Assembly: GCA_013336275.1 (NCBI GenBank)
Contig: JAAXUA010000001.1
Coordinates: 142,167 to 206,166 of the forward strand
Length of the DNA stretch: 64,000 bases
Direction of reading: 5' to 3'
From: Candidatus Falkowbacteria bacterium
Lineage (GTDB): Bacteria > Patescibacteriota > Patescibacteriia > Patescibacteriales > GWE2-39-37
A program made the position numbers and the translations under genes. Of the stretch, positions 28,565 to 38,502 are shown in pieces (position 1 is the first letter of the stretch; every line of letters starts with the position of its first letter). The notes below the pieces were generated by a model. That model worked only from the letters and a program-made list of their open reading frames with translations. It did no database searches and was not told where the DNA came from.

Positions 28565-30019
28565 TTACTCTTCAGCCCAAGAGATTGAGGTGTATTCGCC
28601 TGTCGTGGGAAATGATGGCGGAGGTGAGAAAGTTGCCAGAGGATCGTAGATCGAGGTCGTGCTGGCATAGCCGTCAGTAACCTGTCCTGAGCCATTGACC
28701 CAGGTCCAGGTCCAGGTCTGGTTGGTTAAAATGCCGCCGTAGACTTCGATATTGTTGCGCACCCCGGCCGGATTGTACATGTTTCTGAAGACTCTTCCGT
28801 ATTGGGCTAATAAAAATCCATCAATGGTCAAATCGGTAGGTGCGTGTTTGGGGATTTTGACGTCCTTTTGAGCGATCAGACCGAGGATGTGGTTGCCATC
28901 ACGGGCAAAATAGGTGGTGTTGCTGTTTATTATGATGCTGCGGCGCTTGTTAACCTGGTCGGGCAAGGTCGCGGCCACCAATGTGACCCGACCGTTGACC
29001 GTACCTTCGACATAGGCGTCGCCATCCTCGATGAAGATTATGCCGTTAGCGGGGATGGCATAATCAGTGGCAGCGCCTTCAGTCTTGATACTCTCGGCGG
29101 TATTGACCCAGGAGCTCCAAGAATCATTGAGCTGCTGGATACCATTGTTCAGGGCACTTATCAGCTTGGCATCAAAGTGGCCGTTGCTTTTGAAGATGAT
29201 GTGATAGCCTTTGTTTGAGCCGTTAACTTTGAGATGGACTCCATCGTCTTCGGCCAAATCTAAGAGGTCGCCAAGATCGGCGGTGATGCTATTGAAGTCG
29301 ACGGTCGTGACAGGGTAGGTCCACAGGCTAGAGCCTGAACCGGCGCCCCAGATTCCCGGGCAGGTACACTTGGTGACGGCATTCCAGGTGCAGGGCGCGT
29401 TGCAGGTGGCCTGAGTATCGCAACCTTGTCCGGAAGGGCAGGTATAGGTCTGTCGTGCGGAGGTAATCAGGGCATCATTGGTGCCATCCATCCTGACTCC
29501 TCCGTTGGCATGCATCTCTCCGACCACGCTTTCAGAAGGGCCGAACCAGGTATCAGAGTTGGTTAAAAACGAAAACTTGGCCAGTGACGGTATGCCATAA
29601 CGGACATCGATCGTACGTTTTATATTAGGGTTAGAATTGACCCAGCCAGTCGAACGGATATTCACGATCGTCGAACCGGTCGGTGGCGGAGTGATTTCCA
29701 GGACATAGGTGCCAGTCATGGCGTTGCCTGGCGAATTGAAAGTGTGGGTATACGGGCCGTAGGGCGTGCCGCCGCCTCCGGGATCGCTGCCAGTGCCGTC
29801 CATAAAATCATTTTGGGCGTGCGCCAGGTGCCAGCGGTAGTAGTTGACGCCTGCCTCAGCCACGTGCAATGCCGTATGTCGAGCCACTTGCTGGCTGTTC
29901 AGCTTTTTTTGCAGCAGGGCGATTCCGGTCAAGGCTCCGGCCATGACTATGAATATCGTGGTCATGGCCATGACGGTGACCAGGACCATACCTTGTTCTG
30001 ACTGGATTTTTGGTCTCAT
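28565..30019 (-). CDS. PilX-like minor pilin
   Basis: EQG|MVLVTV prepilin site without Glu5, ALHVAEAGVNY motif. Confidence 0.75.
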   Translation of the reverse strand: MRPKIQSEQGMVLVTVMAMTTIFIVMAGALTGIALLQKKLNSQQVARHTALHVAEAGVNYYRWHLAHAQNDFMDGTGSDPGGGGTPYGPYTHTFNSPGNAMTGTYVLEITPPPTGSTIVNIRSTGWVNSNPNIKRTIDVRYGIPSLAKFSFLTNSDTWFGPSESVVGEMHANGGVRMDGTNDALITSARQTYTCPSGQGCDTQATCNAPCTWNAVTKCTCPGIWGAGSGSSLWTYPVTTVDFNSITADLGDLLDLAEDDGVHLKVNGSNKGYHIIFKSNGHFDAKLISALNNGIQQLNDSWSSWVNTAESIKTEGAATDYAIPANGIIFIEDGDAYVEGTVNGRVTLVAATLPDQVNKRRSIIINSNTTYFARDGNHILGLIAQKDVKIPKHAPTDLTIDGFLLAQYGRVFRNMYNPAGVRNNIEVYGGILTNQTWTWTWVNGSGQVTDGYASTTSIYDPLATFSPPPSFPTTGEYTSISWAEE

Positions 30020-30020
30020 G

Positions 30021-30629
30021 CTATAGGTTATCTTTTAGATTGCGGATTTGGATGTCCGCACTGTAGAAATAATCAGCTGGAGCCCGCTCCGGGGTTACAT
30101 TTATTTTTAACGTAGTACGGATGAGCCGGATCTTAGTTTTGTTCGCTGTCGGGTTGACTATCTGGGCGTTATTCGTATCGAAATAGCTGAAAATCGACAT
30201 CGACTGATTGTTTAAGTAGATGGCGAAAGTCGAAATCTTCTCGTCGGCCGGATTATAGACCAAGGGGGTCCCGGTCGGAGCGATAGAACCTTTTTTCAAG
30301 TTGATACCATCTGCAAAGTAGCGAATCTTTTCAGTCAGGCCATCATCGTCGGTGTCGGCATAAAAAACAATCGTGCCAGTAGCGACGGTTTCAAAAAGAT
30401 AGTCGCCAGTTGCCCCATTGGCGGCGCGGCGCAACTCTTCGACCATGACTCCGGCGGCGCGGCGCGCATTTGAAATGGCGTCTTCCTGTTCGTAGCCGAA
30501 GACGTTGCTTTGCAAGCCGCGGATGATGAATTCAGAAGCGGCAATCATAAAAACCATGAAAATGCTGATGGAAATCATCAGTTCGACAATCGTCAATCCA
30601 CGGTTGTTTTTGTAATCGAGACGTATCAT
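30021..30629 (-). CDS. Prepilin-type N-terminal methylation protein (PilW-like)
   Basis: NNRG|LTIVELMISISI, C-terminal IRNL. Confidence 0.82.
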   Translation of the reverse strand: MIRLDYKNNRGLTIVELMISISIFMVFMIAASEFIIRGLQSNVFGYEQEDAISNARRAAGVMVEELRRAANGATGDYLFETVATGTIVFYADTDDDGLTEKIRYFADGINLKKGSIAPTGTPLVYNPADEKISTFAIYLNNQSMSIFSYFDTNNAQIVNPTANKTKIRLIRTTLKINVTPERAPADYFYSADIQIRNLKDNL

Positions 30630-32839
30630 GGTCCGGTAAGGTAAATGTTCACATCGAGTGTGGTATTTGGCGAGAGGCTGATCGGACTAGCCGGCTGAGT
30701 TAAGATGATCGCGTAGGTAGTCGAGGGTCCGATGGCGAGGGTGTAGTTATCCCATTCGATGCTGCCAGTGTCTATCAAGCCGTTGGCATCGGAAACGAAG
30801 TTGCGGGAGTATTTATAGATAATGGGGTTTTCGCCGATTCTTTTGGCTCCGGTGACCAATATTGGAATGTTTGCCAGAGTCGAAGAGGCGCCCCAGGCAT
30901 CAAAGCTGGTGGCAAAGATGTCGAAATTGCCATCGCGGTCGTCTTGCCAGACAGCATACGGTTTGCCGTCGGCGACATTGTAGGCGATGCGGGGGTTGAA
31001 TTGGGCCGAGCTTCCGGGATTGATATTGACGCGAACATCAGGCGACCACAAGGCAGTCCCGCTGGCTAGAAGCTTCTGAGCGTAAATGTCTTGGTTGCCG
31101 TTGCGCTCGTCTCCCCAGGCGATGTAGATGACATCGGCGCCGATGGCGACGCTGGGGCTGTATTGGGCGGAGGTGCCGCCATCAGTATTGACCAGCAGAT
31201 CACTTGCCCAGAGTTTGGTTCCGGTAGCGCTGACCCTTTGCGCATAGACATCGAGGTTGCTGTTGCGCTCATCGGTCCAAGAGACATAAAAGGTGCTTGA
31301 GCTGACGGCGACGCTCGGGGCATATTGGTTGGTCGAGCCGCCGTCGGAGTTTATCAGAAGGTCGGCTCCCCAAAGCTTGGTGCCGGCTGGGTCATATTTC
31401 TGCGCGTAAATATCCTGATTGGCGTTGCGGTCATCGGCCCAGAAAACGAAGATATCATTCGAGTTGTCATCGCTGGAAATCGGGGTGGTCTGGTTGGTGC
31501 CGCCGCTTACGGTCGTGCTATCGATGCGTATTTCCGGATCCCAGAGCGCATCGTGGGTAACTGCATCCAATGCTTGCATAAAGATATCGGCATCGCCGTT
31601 GCGGTCGTCCTGCCAAGTGACATAGACTCTGGAATAGTCGTTGCTAAGGTCGATTTTGCATTTCATTTGATCCTTGTTATCGGCATCTGTCTGCACCTGC
31701 TTTGAGCCGCTCCAAAGGTCGGACCCGTCGTTGGAAGCGCGTTTGACCAAGAAGACGTCCTGGTTGCCGTTGGAATCATCATTCCAGCAGATGTAAAGAT
31801 GGCCGGAATTATCGACAGCGATTTCTGGAAGGATCTGGTTGTTGGCGGGGCTGATTACAACATCGTCGCTCCATTGCTTCTGCCCGTTATTGTCGTATTT
31901 TTGAGCATAAATTTTGCCGGCAGAACCCTGACGGAAATCTTGCCAAACCATATAGATGAAGCCGTTCGGATCAATGGCCATGTGCGGATTGGTCTGATTT
32001 TCATCGCCGGAGTCGGTGTTGACGCGCCAATTAGTCTGCATCGGCTGGCGTACCGTATGCAGATGCAGGGTGCTTAATTGATCGATGGACAATGTAATTG
32101 TGGTTTTCTGGTCGACAAAAACGCTTTGATTCACAAGAGTCGGATTAGGGTTGGCGGCCGTGCGTGCGGTCGTGGAACTGAGGCTATAGTTTGCTTTGGT
32201 GGCGATGACCTCGTAGTTCTCGATTGATGGTTTGGCGCCATAAAGCAGGAGCATACCGTTGGAGTCTGTTTGGGCGGTAAAATTTACTGGCGGCGTAGTA
32301 CTGGCGTTCTTAACCGTGACATCAGCATCGCTGACCGGCTGGCCGTTGGCGTTTATCACCTCAACCTCCAGCGTGCCACCGCCGACGCTGGTCTCAATCG
32401 CTTTCGGCGCGATCTTAGTGAAGGTTTCGACCCGCTTGTAGCCGAAAGGGCCGTTGTATTGGACGCGGATGCGTATTTCTTTATAGTCAGTGGGCAGGGT
32501 GTCGGCCGGTTGGAGTCCGTCGAACGGGTCATCGCGGTAAAGTACTAGCGTGTTGACATAAAACGTACCGTTACTGGTGCTGGCCGTCTCGTTGTCTGGT
32601 ACGACTCCCGTGACTATGCCCGCCAGGGTGCCGACATCGGTGTAGGGAAGATTGCGGATCTGCTCCAGTTTCTGGTCGGCTAGGGAAATCGAGATCATCC
32701 GGAGCTTGTTGTCCTGAGATATTTTCAATGCCTGAAGGATCAGGTCGTAGACGCTTATGGTTATGACGGTCAAAACGGCTAAGGAGATGACGGTCTCGAT
32801 AATCGTGAATCCTGATTGTTTCTTGAAATCTAATCTCAT
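30626..32839 (-). CDS. Large prepilin-type protein (PilV-like) with carboxypeptidase-regulatory-like domain and seven internal repeats
   Basis: QSG|FTIIETVI, LADQKLEQIR, NANGQPVSDADV, 7x W.D.R.GN.DI..Q. Confidence 0.8.
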   Translation of the reverse strand: MRLDFKKQSGFTIIETVISLAVLTVITISVYDLILQALKISQDNKLRMISISLADQKLEQIRNLPYTDVGTLAGIVTGVVPDNETASTSNGTFYVNTLVLYRDDPFDGLQPADTLPTDYKEIRIRVQYNGPFGYKRVETFTKIAPKAIETSVGGGTLEVEVINANGQPVSDADVTVKNASTTPPVNFTAQTDSNGMLLLYGAKPSIENYEVIATKANYSLSSTTARTAANPNPTLVNQSVFVDQKTTITLSIDQLSTLHLHTVRQPMQTNWRVNTDSGDENQTNPHMAIDPNGFIYMVWQDFRQGSAGKIYAQKYDNNGQKQWSDDVVISPANNQILPEIAVDNSGHLYICWNDDSNGNQDVFLVKRASNDGSDLWSGSKQVQTDADNKDQMKCKIDLSNDYSRVYVTWQDDRNGDADIFMQALDAVTHDALWDPEIRIDSTTVSGGTNQTTPISSDDNSNDIFVFWADDRNANQDIYAQKYDPAGTKLWGADLLINSDGGSTNQYAPSVAVSSSTFYVSWTDERNSNLDVYAQRVSATGTKLWASDLLVNTDGGTSAQYSPSVAIGADVIYIAWGDERNGNQDIYAQKLLASGTALWSPDVRVNINPGSSAQFNPRIAYNVADGKPYAVWQDDRDGNFDIFATSFDAWGASSTLANIPILVTGAKRIGENPIIYKYSRNFVSDANGLIDTGSIEWDNYTLAIGPSTTYAIILTQPASPISLSPNTTLDVNIYLTGP

Positions 32840-32841
32840 AT

Positions 32842-33981
32842 TTATACAGAAGTTGTAATCGAATACATCGGCATGACGATGGCGACGGCCATGACACCGA
32901 CAGCTGAGCCCAGAACCAGGATCAAGACAGGCTCAATGATCGAGGGCAGGCTTTCCATAATCGTGTCGACCTCTTCTTCATAAAACTCGGCTAATTCCTG
33001 CAAAATGCTGTCCAGTTCGCCGGTCTGCTCGCCGATAGCGATCATTTGGGTGACGATCGGTGGAAAAAGTTTGGGGTAGGTGGCGACCACCTCGTTGATC
33101 GGAGTACCTTTTTTAATCTTATCGCCGATATCGTTAATGGCCGCCCGATAGTGGATATTGCCCAAGACATTAGCCGTGATCTGGAATGATTTTATGATCA
33201 TGATGTCAGTTTTCAGAAGCGAGCTGACAGTACGGGCGAACTTGGCGAGGTTGACCTTCTTGATGATCTTGCCAAAAATCGGCATCTTTATCATCAGGAG
33301 GTCGAAGTAGTAGCGGCCGGTCGTGGTCTTGTATATGCGGATGAATACATAGATAGCGGCGACGATCAGGATTAAAGCCAGGGTGGTGTTTTTGGCCAGG
33401 AAGTCGCTGACGCCGATAATGATCTTGGTGGCCAGCGGCAGCTCGGTGTTGAAATCCTTAAGCATGGAAGTGATCTGAGGAACGACCACGAGCATCATGA
33501 AGATGCCGATGCCGCCCATGGCAAAAAGGACGACTGCCGGGTAAGTCAAGGCACCCTTGATCTTGGAAATAAGCTCGTGGTGCTTCTTCATCTGGATATA
33601 TAGCTGGTCCAGCACGTTTTCGAGCTTGCCGGAGACTTCGCCGGCCTCTACCATGTTGATAAAGAGCTCGCCGAAGACATCGGGGTTGAGCTTGAGCGCC
33701 TCGGTGAAGCTTTTGCCTTTCTCGACTGCTTTTGAAGTATCGGTGATGACTTGGATGAAGTGCTTGTTGACGCTTTGCTTGCACAGGGTCTGAAGTGCGG
33801 ACAGCAACGGTACGCCCGCCTTAAGCATGACGCAAAGATTCCTGACGAAAAAAAGCTTTTCGTCAGCCGGAATAGGCGACATCTTGATCAGCGCATTGTT
33901 GATCTTGGCGATCAGCGACTGCGCTACCGGTTGTTCCGCCGCTTGCGGAGCGATAATGTCTGATTTGAGGTTTACGACCAT
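32842..33981 (-). CDS. pilC: Type IV pilus platform protein PilC/GspF
   Basis: AGVPLLSAL, AGEVSGKLE, ALTYP, IGEQTGEL, IIEP. Confidence 0.93.
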   Translation of the reverse strand: MVVNLKSDIIAPQAAEQPVAQSLIAKINNALIKMSPIPADEKLFFVRNLCVMLKAGVPLLSALQTLCKQSVNKHFIQVITDTSKAVEKGKSFTEALKLNPDVFGELFINMVEAGEVSGKLENVLDQLYIQMKKHHELISKIKGALTYPAVVLFAMGGIGIFMMLVVVPQITSMLKDFNTELPLATKIIIGVSDFLAKNTTLALILIVAAIYVFIRIYKTTTGRYYFDLLMIKMPIFGKIIKKVNLAKFARTVSSLLKTDIMIIKSFQITANVLGNIHYRAAINDIGDKIKKGTPINEVVATYPKLFPPIVTQMIAIGEQTGELDSILQELAEFYEEEVDTIMESLPSIIEPVLILVLGSAVGVMAVAIVMPMYSITTSV

Positions 33982-34000
33982 AAGACCTGTCTTATGCTAA

Positions 34001-35728
34001 CTATTCTTTGGTTACGCGCATTATTTCTTCTATGGTGGTGATGCCATTCTTGGCTTTGATGAAACCGTCCTCGATGATGGTGATCATCTTCTGATCGATC
34101 GCCTCCTGCTTGATTTCGACCTCGGATGCTTTCTTGAGAATCAAGTTGGATATCGGAGGCGTGATGTCCAAGACTTCATAAATGCCCATGCGTCCTTTAT
34201 AGCCGGTGTCGTTGCATTGCTTGCAGCCCTTGCCGCGGTAAAAAAGCAGCGATTCAAGGCCTTTGTTCGAGGTGATTATCTTTTCTCGGATCATCGTCTT
34301 GATTATCGCGTCCATATCGAAATGCTTGCGCATATCTTCCACGGTTTTCTTGTCGAGACTGAAGCTCTGTATGCAGTTGGGGCAGATCTTGCGGACCAAG
34401 CGCTGAGCGATGATGACGTTGGCGGTGGTGGCCAAAAGAAAGGATGGCACGCCCATGTCGGAAAGGCGGGGCAGGGTATTGATGGCGTCGTTGGTATGCA
34501 GAGTGGAAAGCACGAGATGACCGGTCATGGCGGCGTGGATGGCGATTTCGGCCGTCTCCTCGTCGCGGATTTCGCCGACCATGATGATGTTCGGATCCTG
34601 GCGCAAGAAAGCGCGCAAGCCGGCGGCGAAGGTGAAGCCGATCTTGGAATTCACTTGCGACTGGTTGACGTGCGGCATGCGGTATTCGATCGGGTCTTCG
34701 ATAGTTGAAATATTGACCTCAGGGGTATTGAGGATGTTGAGCACTGTGTACAGTGTTGTGGATTTGCCTGATCCGGTCGGACCGGTGACTAGGATCAAAC
34801 CGTGCGGCTTGTCGATATTGCGCTTGATAGCCTCGAGGGCGGAGGCTTGGAAACCGAGCTGTTCCAGTGTCAGGACCTGGGCTTTTTCGCGCAAAAGGCG
34901 CATAACGATCTTTTCGCCGTCGAAAGTCGGAAGTATCGAGACGCGGAAAGAGACCTTGTATTCCTTATTGCTGATTTTGAAGCGTCCGTCCTGGGGCAGG
35001 CGGTGTTCGTCGACCTTAAGGTTGGCCAATATCTTAATGCGGGCGGTGATGCCGGATTGGATATTCTTGGGCAGGGTCATGACATGGCGCAAGATGCCGT
35101 CGATGCGGTAACGGACGTTGACCTCACGTTCTTCAGGCTCGATGTGGATATCGCTGGCATCTTCGAAGATGGCATATTCGAGCAGAGTATCGACGACGCG
35201 GACAACCGGAAGATTGGTAGCCAGCTTCTTCAAGTCTTCGTCCGATCCGGTGCCCTCGGACATCGGGGCGTCTTCAAGGCTGTCGAATTCGGCTTTAAGG
35301 CTCTTGTGATACTGCTTGATGCCATATTGGATGCCTTCGGGGGTGGTGAGGTGGACTCGCGGCTCAAGGCCAGTCTTCTTCTTGATAAACTCAAAGATTT
35401 CAAGGTCGGCCGGGTCGAGCGTTGCCAGGAAGATTTCCTTGGCGTTGCTGTCGAAGGCGATCAGCTCGTGGGTCGAGGCGATCGCTTCAGGCACCGTTAA
35501 AAGGACGTCCTTGCGGATATTCTGCTCCTTGAGGTTTATGAAAGGCAGATCGTGGAAGCTGGCAGCCTTTTCGTAAAGGGCGTTGGTGCTGATTATTTTC
35601 TTTTCCGCCAGATAGTCTTCGAGATTTTTGCCGATATCCTGGGCTTCTTTGGCTATTTTGTCGAAATTTTCCTTCGGCAGTATGTTGGCCGAGGCCAGGA
35701 TTTCCTTTATTTGTTCGGCTTGAAGCAT
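34001..35728 (-). CDS. pilB: Type IV pilus assembly ATPase PilB/GspE
   Basis: ASDIHIEP, RLPQDGR, GPTGSGKST, TIEDPIE, LRQDPNIIMVGEIRD, STLHTN, CPNC..CKQC, GYKGR. Confidence 0.95.
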   Translation of the reverse strand: MLQAEQIKEILASANILPKENFDKIAKEAQDIGKNLEDYLAEKKIISTNALYEKAASFHDLPFINLKEQNIRKDVLLTVPEAIASTHELIAFDSNAKEIFLATLDPADLEIFEFIKKKTGLEPRVHLTTPEGIQYGIKQYHKSLKAEFDSLEDAPMSEGTGSDEDLKKLATNLPVVRVVDTLLEYAIFEDASDIHIEPEEREVNVRYRIDGILRHVMTLPKNIQSGITARIKILANLKVDEHRLPQDGRFKISNKEYKVSFRVSILPTFDGEKIVMRLLREKAQVLTLEQLGFQASALEAIKRNIDKPHGLILVTGPTGSGKSTTLYTVLNILNTPEVNISTIEDPIEYRMPHVNQSQVNSKIGFTFAAGLRAFLRQDPNIIMVGEIRDEETAEIAIHAAMTGHLVLSTLHTNDAINTLPRLSDMGVPSFLLATTANVIIAQRLVRKICPNCIQSFSLDKKTVEDMRKHFDMDAIIKTMIREKIITSNKGLESLLFYRGKGCKQCNDTGYKGRMGIYEVLDITPPISNLILKKASEVEIKQEAIDQKMITIIEDGFIKAKNGITTIEEIMRVTKE

Positions 35729-35862
35729 GGGGTTCAAGAGTTGTTAATAAGATGTGTTTTATTATACCATGAATTGTTATTACACCCAAATAGTGTCATG
35801 ACATTTTTAAATATCCAGGGATATTTATTTTTTTTGTTGTTCGTGCTATTTTATATTATAGA

Positions 35863-36282
35863 ATGAGCATGAAAATCGATTGGCATTTGGTGCGGCAATC
35901 TCCGCAAGAAGCAAAAAACAAGATAACAGCCATAGCAAAATCGCTTTGGAGTTTTTTTTATATCAGAGTCTACTTGGTACTGATTGTCATTTTGAATATC
36001 CTTAACTGGTCGATCACGACGTTTCTGCAGTACCGGGTCAAGCTTGACCAGGTGGTCCTGCATTATAACGTCGATTTCGGCGTCGATCTTTACGGTGAGA
36101 CCTCAAGACTCTTCATTATTCCGCTGATCGGCTTGCTCGTGCTTTTTGTCAACCTTTCTGTGGTCGCCAACACCGACCGTCAAAGCCGGTTCATCAGCCA
36201 CTGCCTATTGGCCACCGCCGCCGCGACTAACTTCCTGCTGTTAGTCGCGCAGCTAGCATTATATTTCTATAATTTAAGATAA
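35863..36282 (+). CDS. Hypothetical membrane protein (3 TM)
   Basis: LHYNVDFGVD loop between TM helices; co-oriented with and 3 nt upstream of mraY. Confidence 0.7.
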   Translation: MSMKIDWHLVRQSPQEAKNKITAIAKSLWSFFYIRVYLVLIVILNILNWSITTFLQYRVKLDQVVLHYNVDFGVDLYGETSRLFIIPLIGLLVLFVNLSVVANTDRQSRFISHCLLATAAATNFLLLVAQLALYFYNLR

Positions 36283-36285
36283 ACT

Positions 36286-37347
36286 ATGGAGCCGCAAAGT
36301 TTTTATTTGATCAGGATACTTTTCTTGACTGCCGTCGCCTTTCTTTTTGCCGTCGCCTGGACCCCGCTTTTGACTCACTTCTTGTTCAAGTACAAGATGG
36401 GCAAATCGATCCGCAATAGCGGCAGTACGCCGATATTCTCGAAGCTTCATGCTGCCAAGGCCGGTACTCCGACGATGGGCGGGATCTTGATCTGGGTTAC
36501 TGTCCTGATCATCGCGCTGTCGCTTTACTATCTGGCAACGCTGACGGATATCGCTTTGTTCAAAAATCTGAATTTCCTTTCGCGCAAAGAGACCTTGCTG
36601 CCGCTCGGCGCCTTGGTAGCGACGGCCTTGGTCGGCCTGTTCGATGATTGGCTCGATGTCCGGGGCAGGGGGGTTTTCGGCGGCGGCGGCCTCAAGATCT
36701 GGCACCGGCTGCTGATTTACGCCTTGATTGCCTTGGTCGGAGCCTGGTGGTTCTATTTCAAGCTTGATTGGGATACTTTCCATGTGCCGTTCTACGGCGA
36801 TGTCCAGCTCGGCTGGTCCTATCTCTTGATATTCGTCTTCGTCATCGTAGCGACTTCTTTTTCCGTCAACGAGACGGATGGACTCGATGGTCTGGCTGGC
36901 GGCGTGCTGATGACCAGCTTCGCCGCCTATGGCGTGATCGCTTTCGCGGAGCAGCGCTATGACCTGGCCACTTTCTGCGGCGTCATCGTCGGCGCCCTCC
37001 TAGCTTTCTTGTGGTTCAATATCAATCCTGCCCGTTTTTTCATGGGTGATACCGGGGCAATGAGCCTCGGCGTGACGCTGGGCGTAATCGCAATGCTGAC
37101 CAATAGCGCTTTGATCCTGCCGATAATCGGCTTCGTCTTCGTCATGGAATCGATGTCGGTCATCATCCAGATGACCTCCAAGAAGCTCCGCGGAGGCAAG
37201 AAGATATTCCTTTCCTCGCCGATCCACCACCATTTCGAAGCGCTGGGCTGGTCCGAGCCGAAGATCGTCATGCGTTTTTGGGTCATCGCCCAAGTCTCGG
37301 CCGCTATCGGCTTGGTGGTCCTGTTGCTGGACAAGAGCTTAATCTGA
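36286..37347 (+). CDS. mraY: Phospho-N-acetylmuramoyl-pentapeptide transferase
   Basis: KAGTPTMGG, GLFDD, NETDGLDGL, FFMGDTG, PIHHHFE. Confidence 0.96.
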   Translation: MEPQSFYLIRILFLTAVAFLFAVAWTPLLTHFLFKYKMGKSIRNSGSTPIFSKLHAAKAGTPTMGGILIWVTVLIIALSLYYLATLTDIALFKNLNFLSRKETLLPLGALVATALVGLFDDWLDVRGRGVFGGGGLKIWHRLLIYALIALVGAWWFYFKLDWDTFHVPFYGDVQLGWSYLLIFVFVIVATSFSVNETDGLDGLAGGVLMTSFAAYGVIAFAEQRYDLATFCGVIVGALLAFLWFNINPARFFMGDTGAMSLGVTLGVIAMLTNSALILPIIGFVFVMESMSVIIQMTSKKLRGGKKIFLSSPIHHHFEALGWSEPKIVMRFWVIAQVSAAIGLVVLLLDKSLI

Positions 37348-37352
37348 AACCA

Positions 37353-38498
37353 ATGGCCAAAGTAGTCCAAAAAATCAAGCAGACCGCTGCCGCCGCCGCT
37401 CGTTTGGGCGAGCCGGATTGGCCGCTCTTGGCCATCGCCTCGGCAATCATCCTTTTCGGGCTGATCATGCTGACCAGCGCTTCAGGCACCTTGGCCTACT
37501 CCCGCTATAACGACGGCTATTATTTCATCAAGCATCAGATTTACGCCCTGGTCATCGGCATCGGTCTCTTTTTCTTTTTTTACAAGAACGACTATCATCG
37601 CTGGCAGAAATATGCCTTCTATCTGCTGTTGTTTTCGATCGCTCTCCTGATCCTGGTTTTCATACCAGGGCTGGCCTCTTCAGCTAATTTCAAAGCCCAT
37701 AGCTGGATCAATATTTTCGGTTTTTCCTTGCAGCCCTCGGAATTCGTCAAGCTTTTTTTCTTGATTTACCTGGCGGCCTGGCTTGAATCGGTCGGCAAGA
37801 AGATGGATGATTTTTCCCAAGGGACCGGTCCTTTTCTGGCGGTTCTCGCCGTCATCGCTTTCCTGATGCTGATGCAGCCGGATTTCGGCACCCTATCCAT
37901 AATCATCGTCACCTCTTTTGCGGCTTGGTTCGTCGGCGGCGGCAAGATCAGCCATATTGTCGCCCTGGTCGCTATTGGGATCTTGGCCGTGGTGTTGATG
38001 GTCAAGTCATCAGACTATCAGGCCGACCGCATCCAGTGCTATCTCAACCCGGAAAGCGATTCGCAAGCCTCCTGCTATCAGCTCAATCAGTCGCTGATCG
38101 CCGTCGGTTCCGGCGGTTTATTCGGCCGCGGCTTCGGTGCTAGCCGCCAGAAGCTGATGTATCTGCCTGAAGTTTCGGGTGACGCTATTTTCCCGGTCAT
38201 CGGCGAAGAGCTCGGGTTCGTCTTTTCCGTCGGCTTGATCCTGCTTTTCCTGGGCTTCTTCTACCGCGGCTACATCATTGCCAAGAAAGCGCCGGACCAA
38301 TTCGGGCGGGTGATCGCCATCGGCATCGCCTGCTGGCTGACCTTTCAGGCTTTCATTAATATCGGCGGGATGATCAATCTGATTCCGATGACCGGCGTGC
38401 CGCTGCCGTTCATCTCAAGCGGCGGCACGGCCATCATGGCCGGGTTAGCTGCCCTGGGGCTACTTCTGAATATCAGCCGCCAGACCAAAGCCAGATAG
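37353..38498 (+). CDS. ftsW: SEDS peptidoglycan glycosyltransferase FtsW
   Basis: QPSEFVK, QPDFGT, YQLNQSLIAVGSGG, GEELG, TGVPLPFISSGG; located between mraY and murG. Confidence 0.92.
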   Translation: MAKVVQKIKQTAAAAARLGEPDWPLLAIASAIILFGLIMLTSASGTLAYSRYNDGYYFIKHQIYALVIGIGLFFFFYKNDYHRWQKYAFYLLLFSIALLILVFIPGLASSANFKAHSWINIFGFSLQPSEFVKLFFLIYLAAWLESVGKKMDDFSQGTGPFLAVLAVIAFLMLMQPDFGTLSIIIVTSFAAWFVGGGKISHIVALVAIGILAVVLMVKSSDYQADRIQCYLNPESDSQASCYQLNQSLIAVGSGGLFGRGFGASRQKLMYLPEVSGDAIFPVIGEELGFVFSVGLILLFLGFFYRGYIIAKKAPDQFGRVIAIGIACWLTFQAFINIGGMINLIPMTGVPLPFISSGGTAIMAGLAALGLLLNISRQTKAR

Positions 38499-38502
38499 TT
38501 TT

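Noticed and set aside
34217..35500. Long antisense ORFs over pilB (similar ones overlie murC, the GT2 at 48374 and other genes)
   Set aside because: Fully overlap well-supported genes and show no recognisable motifs.
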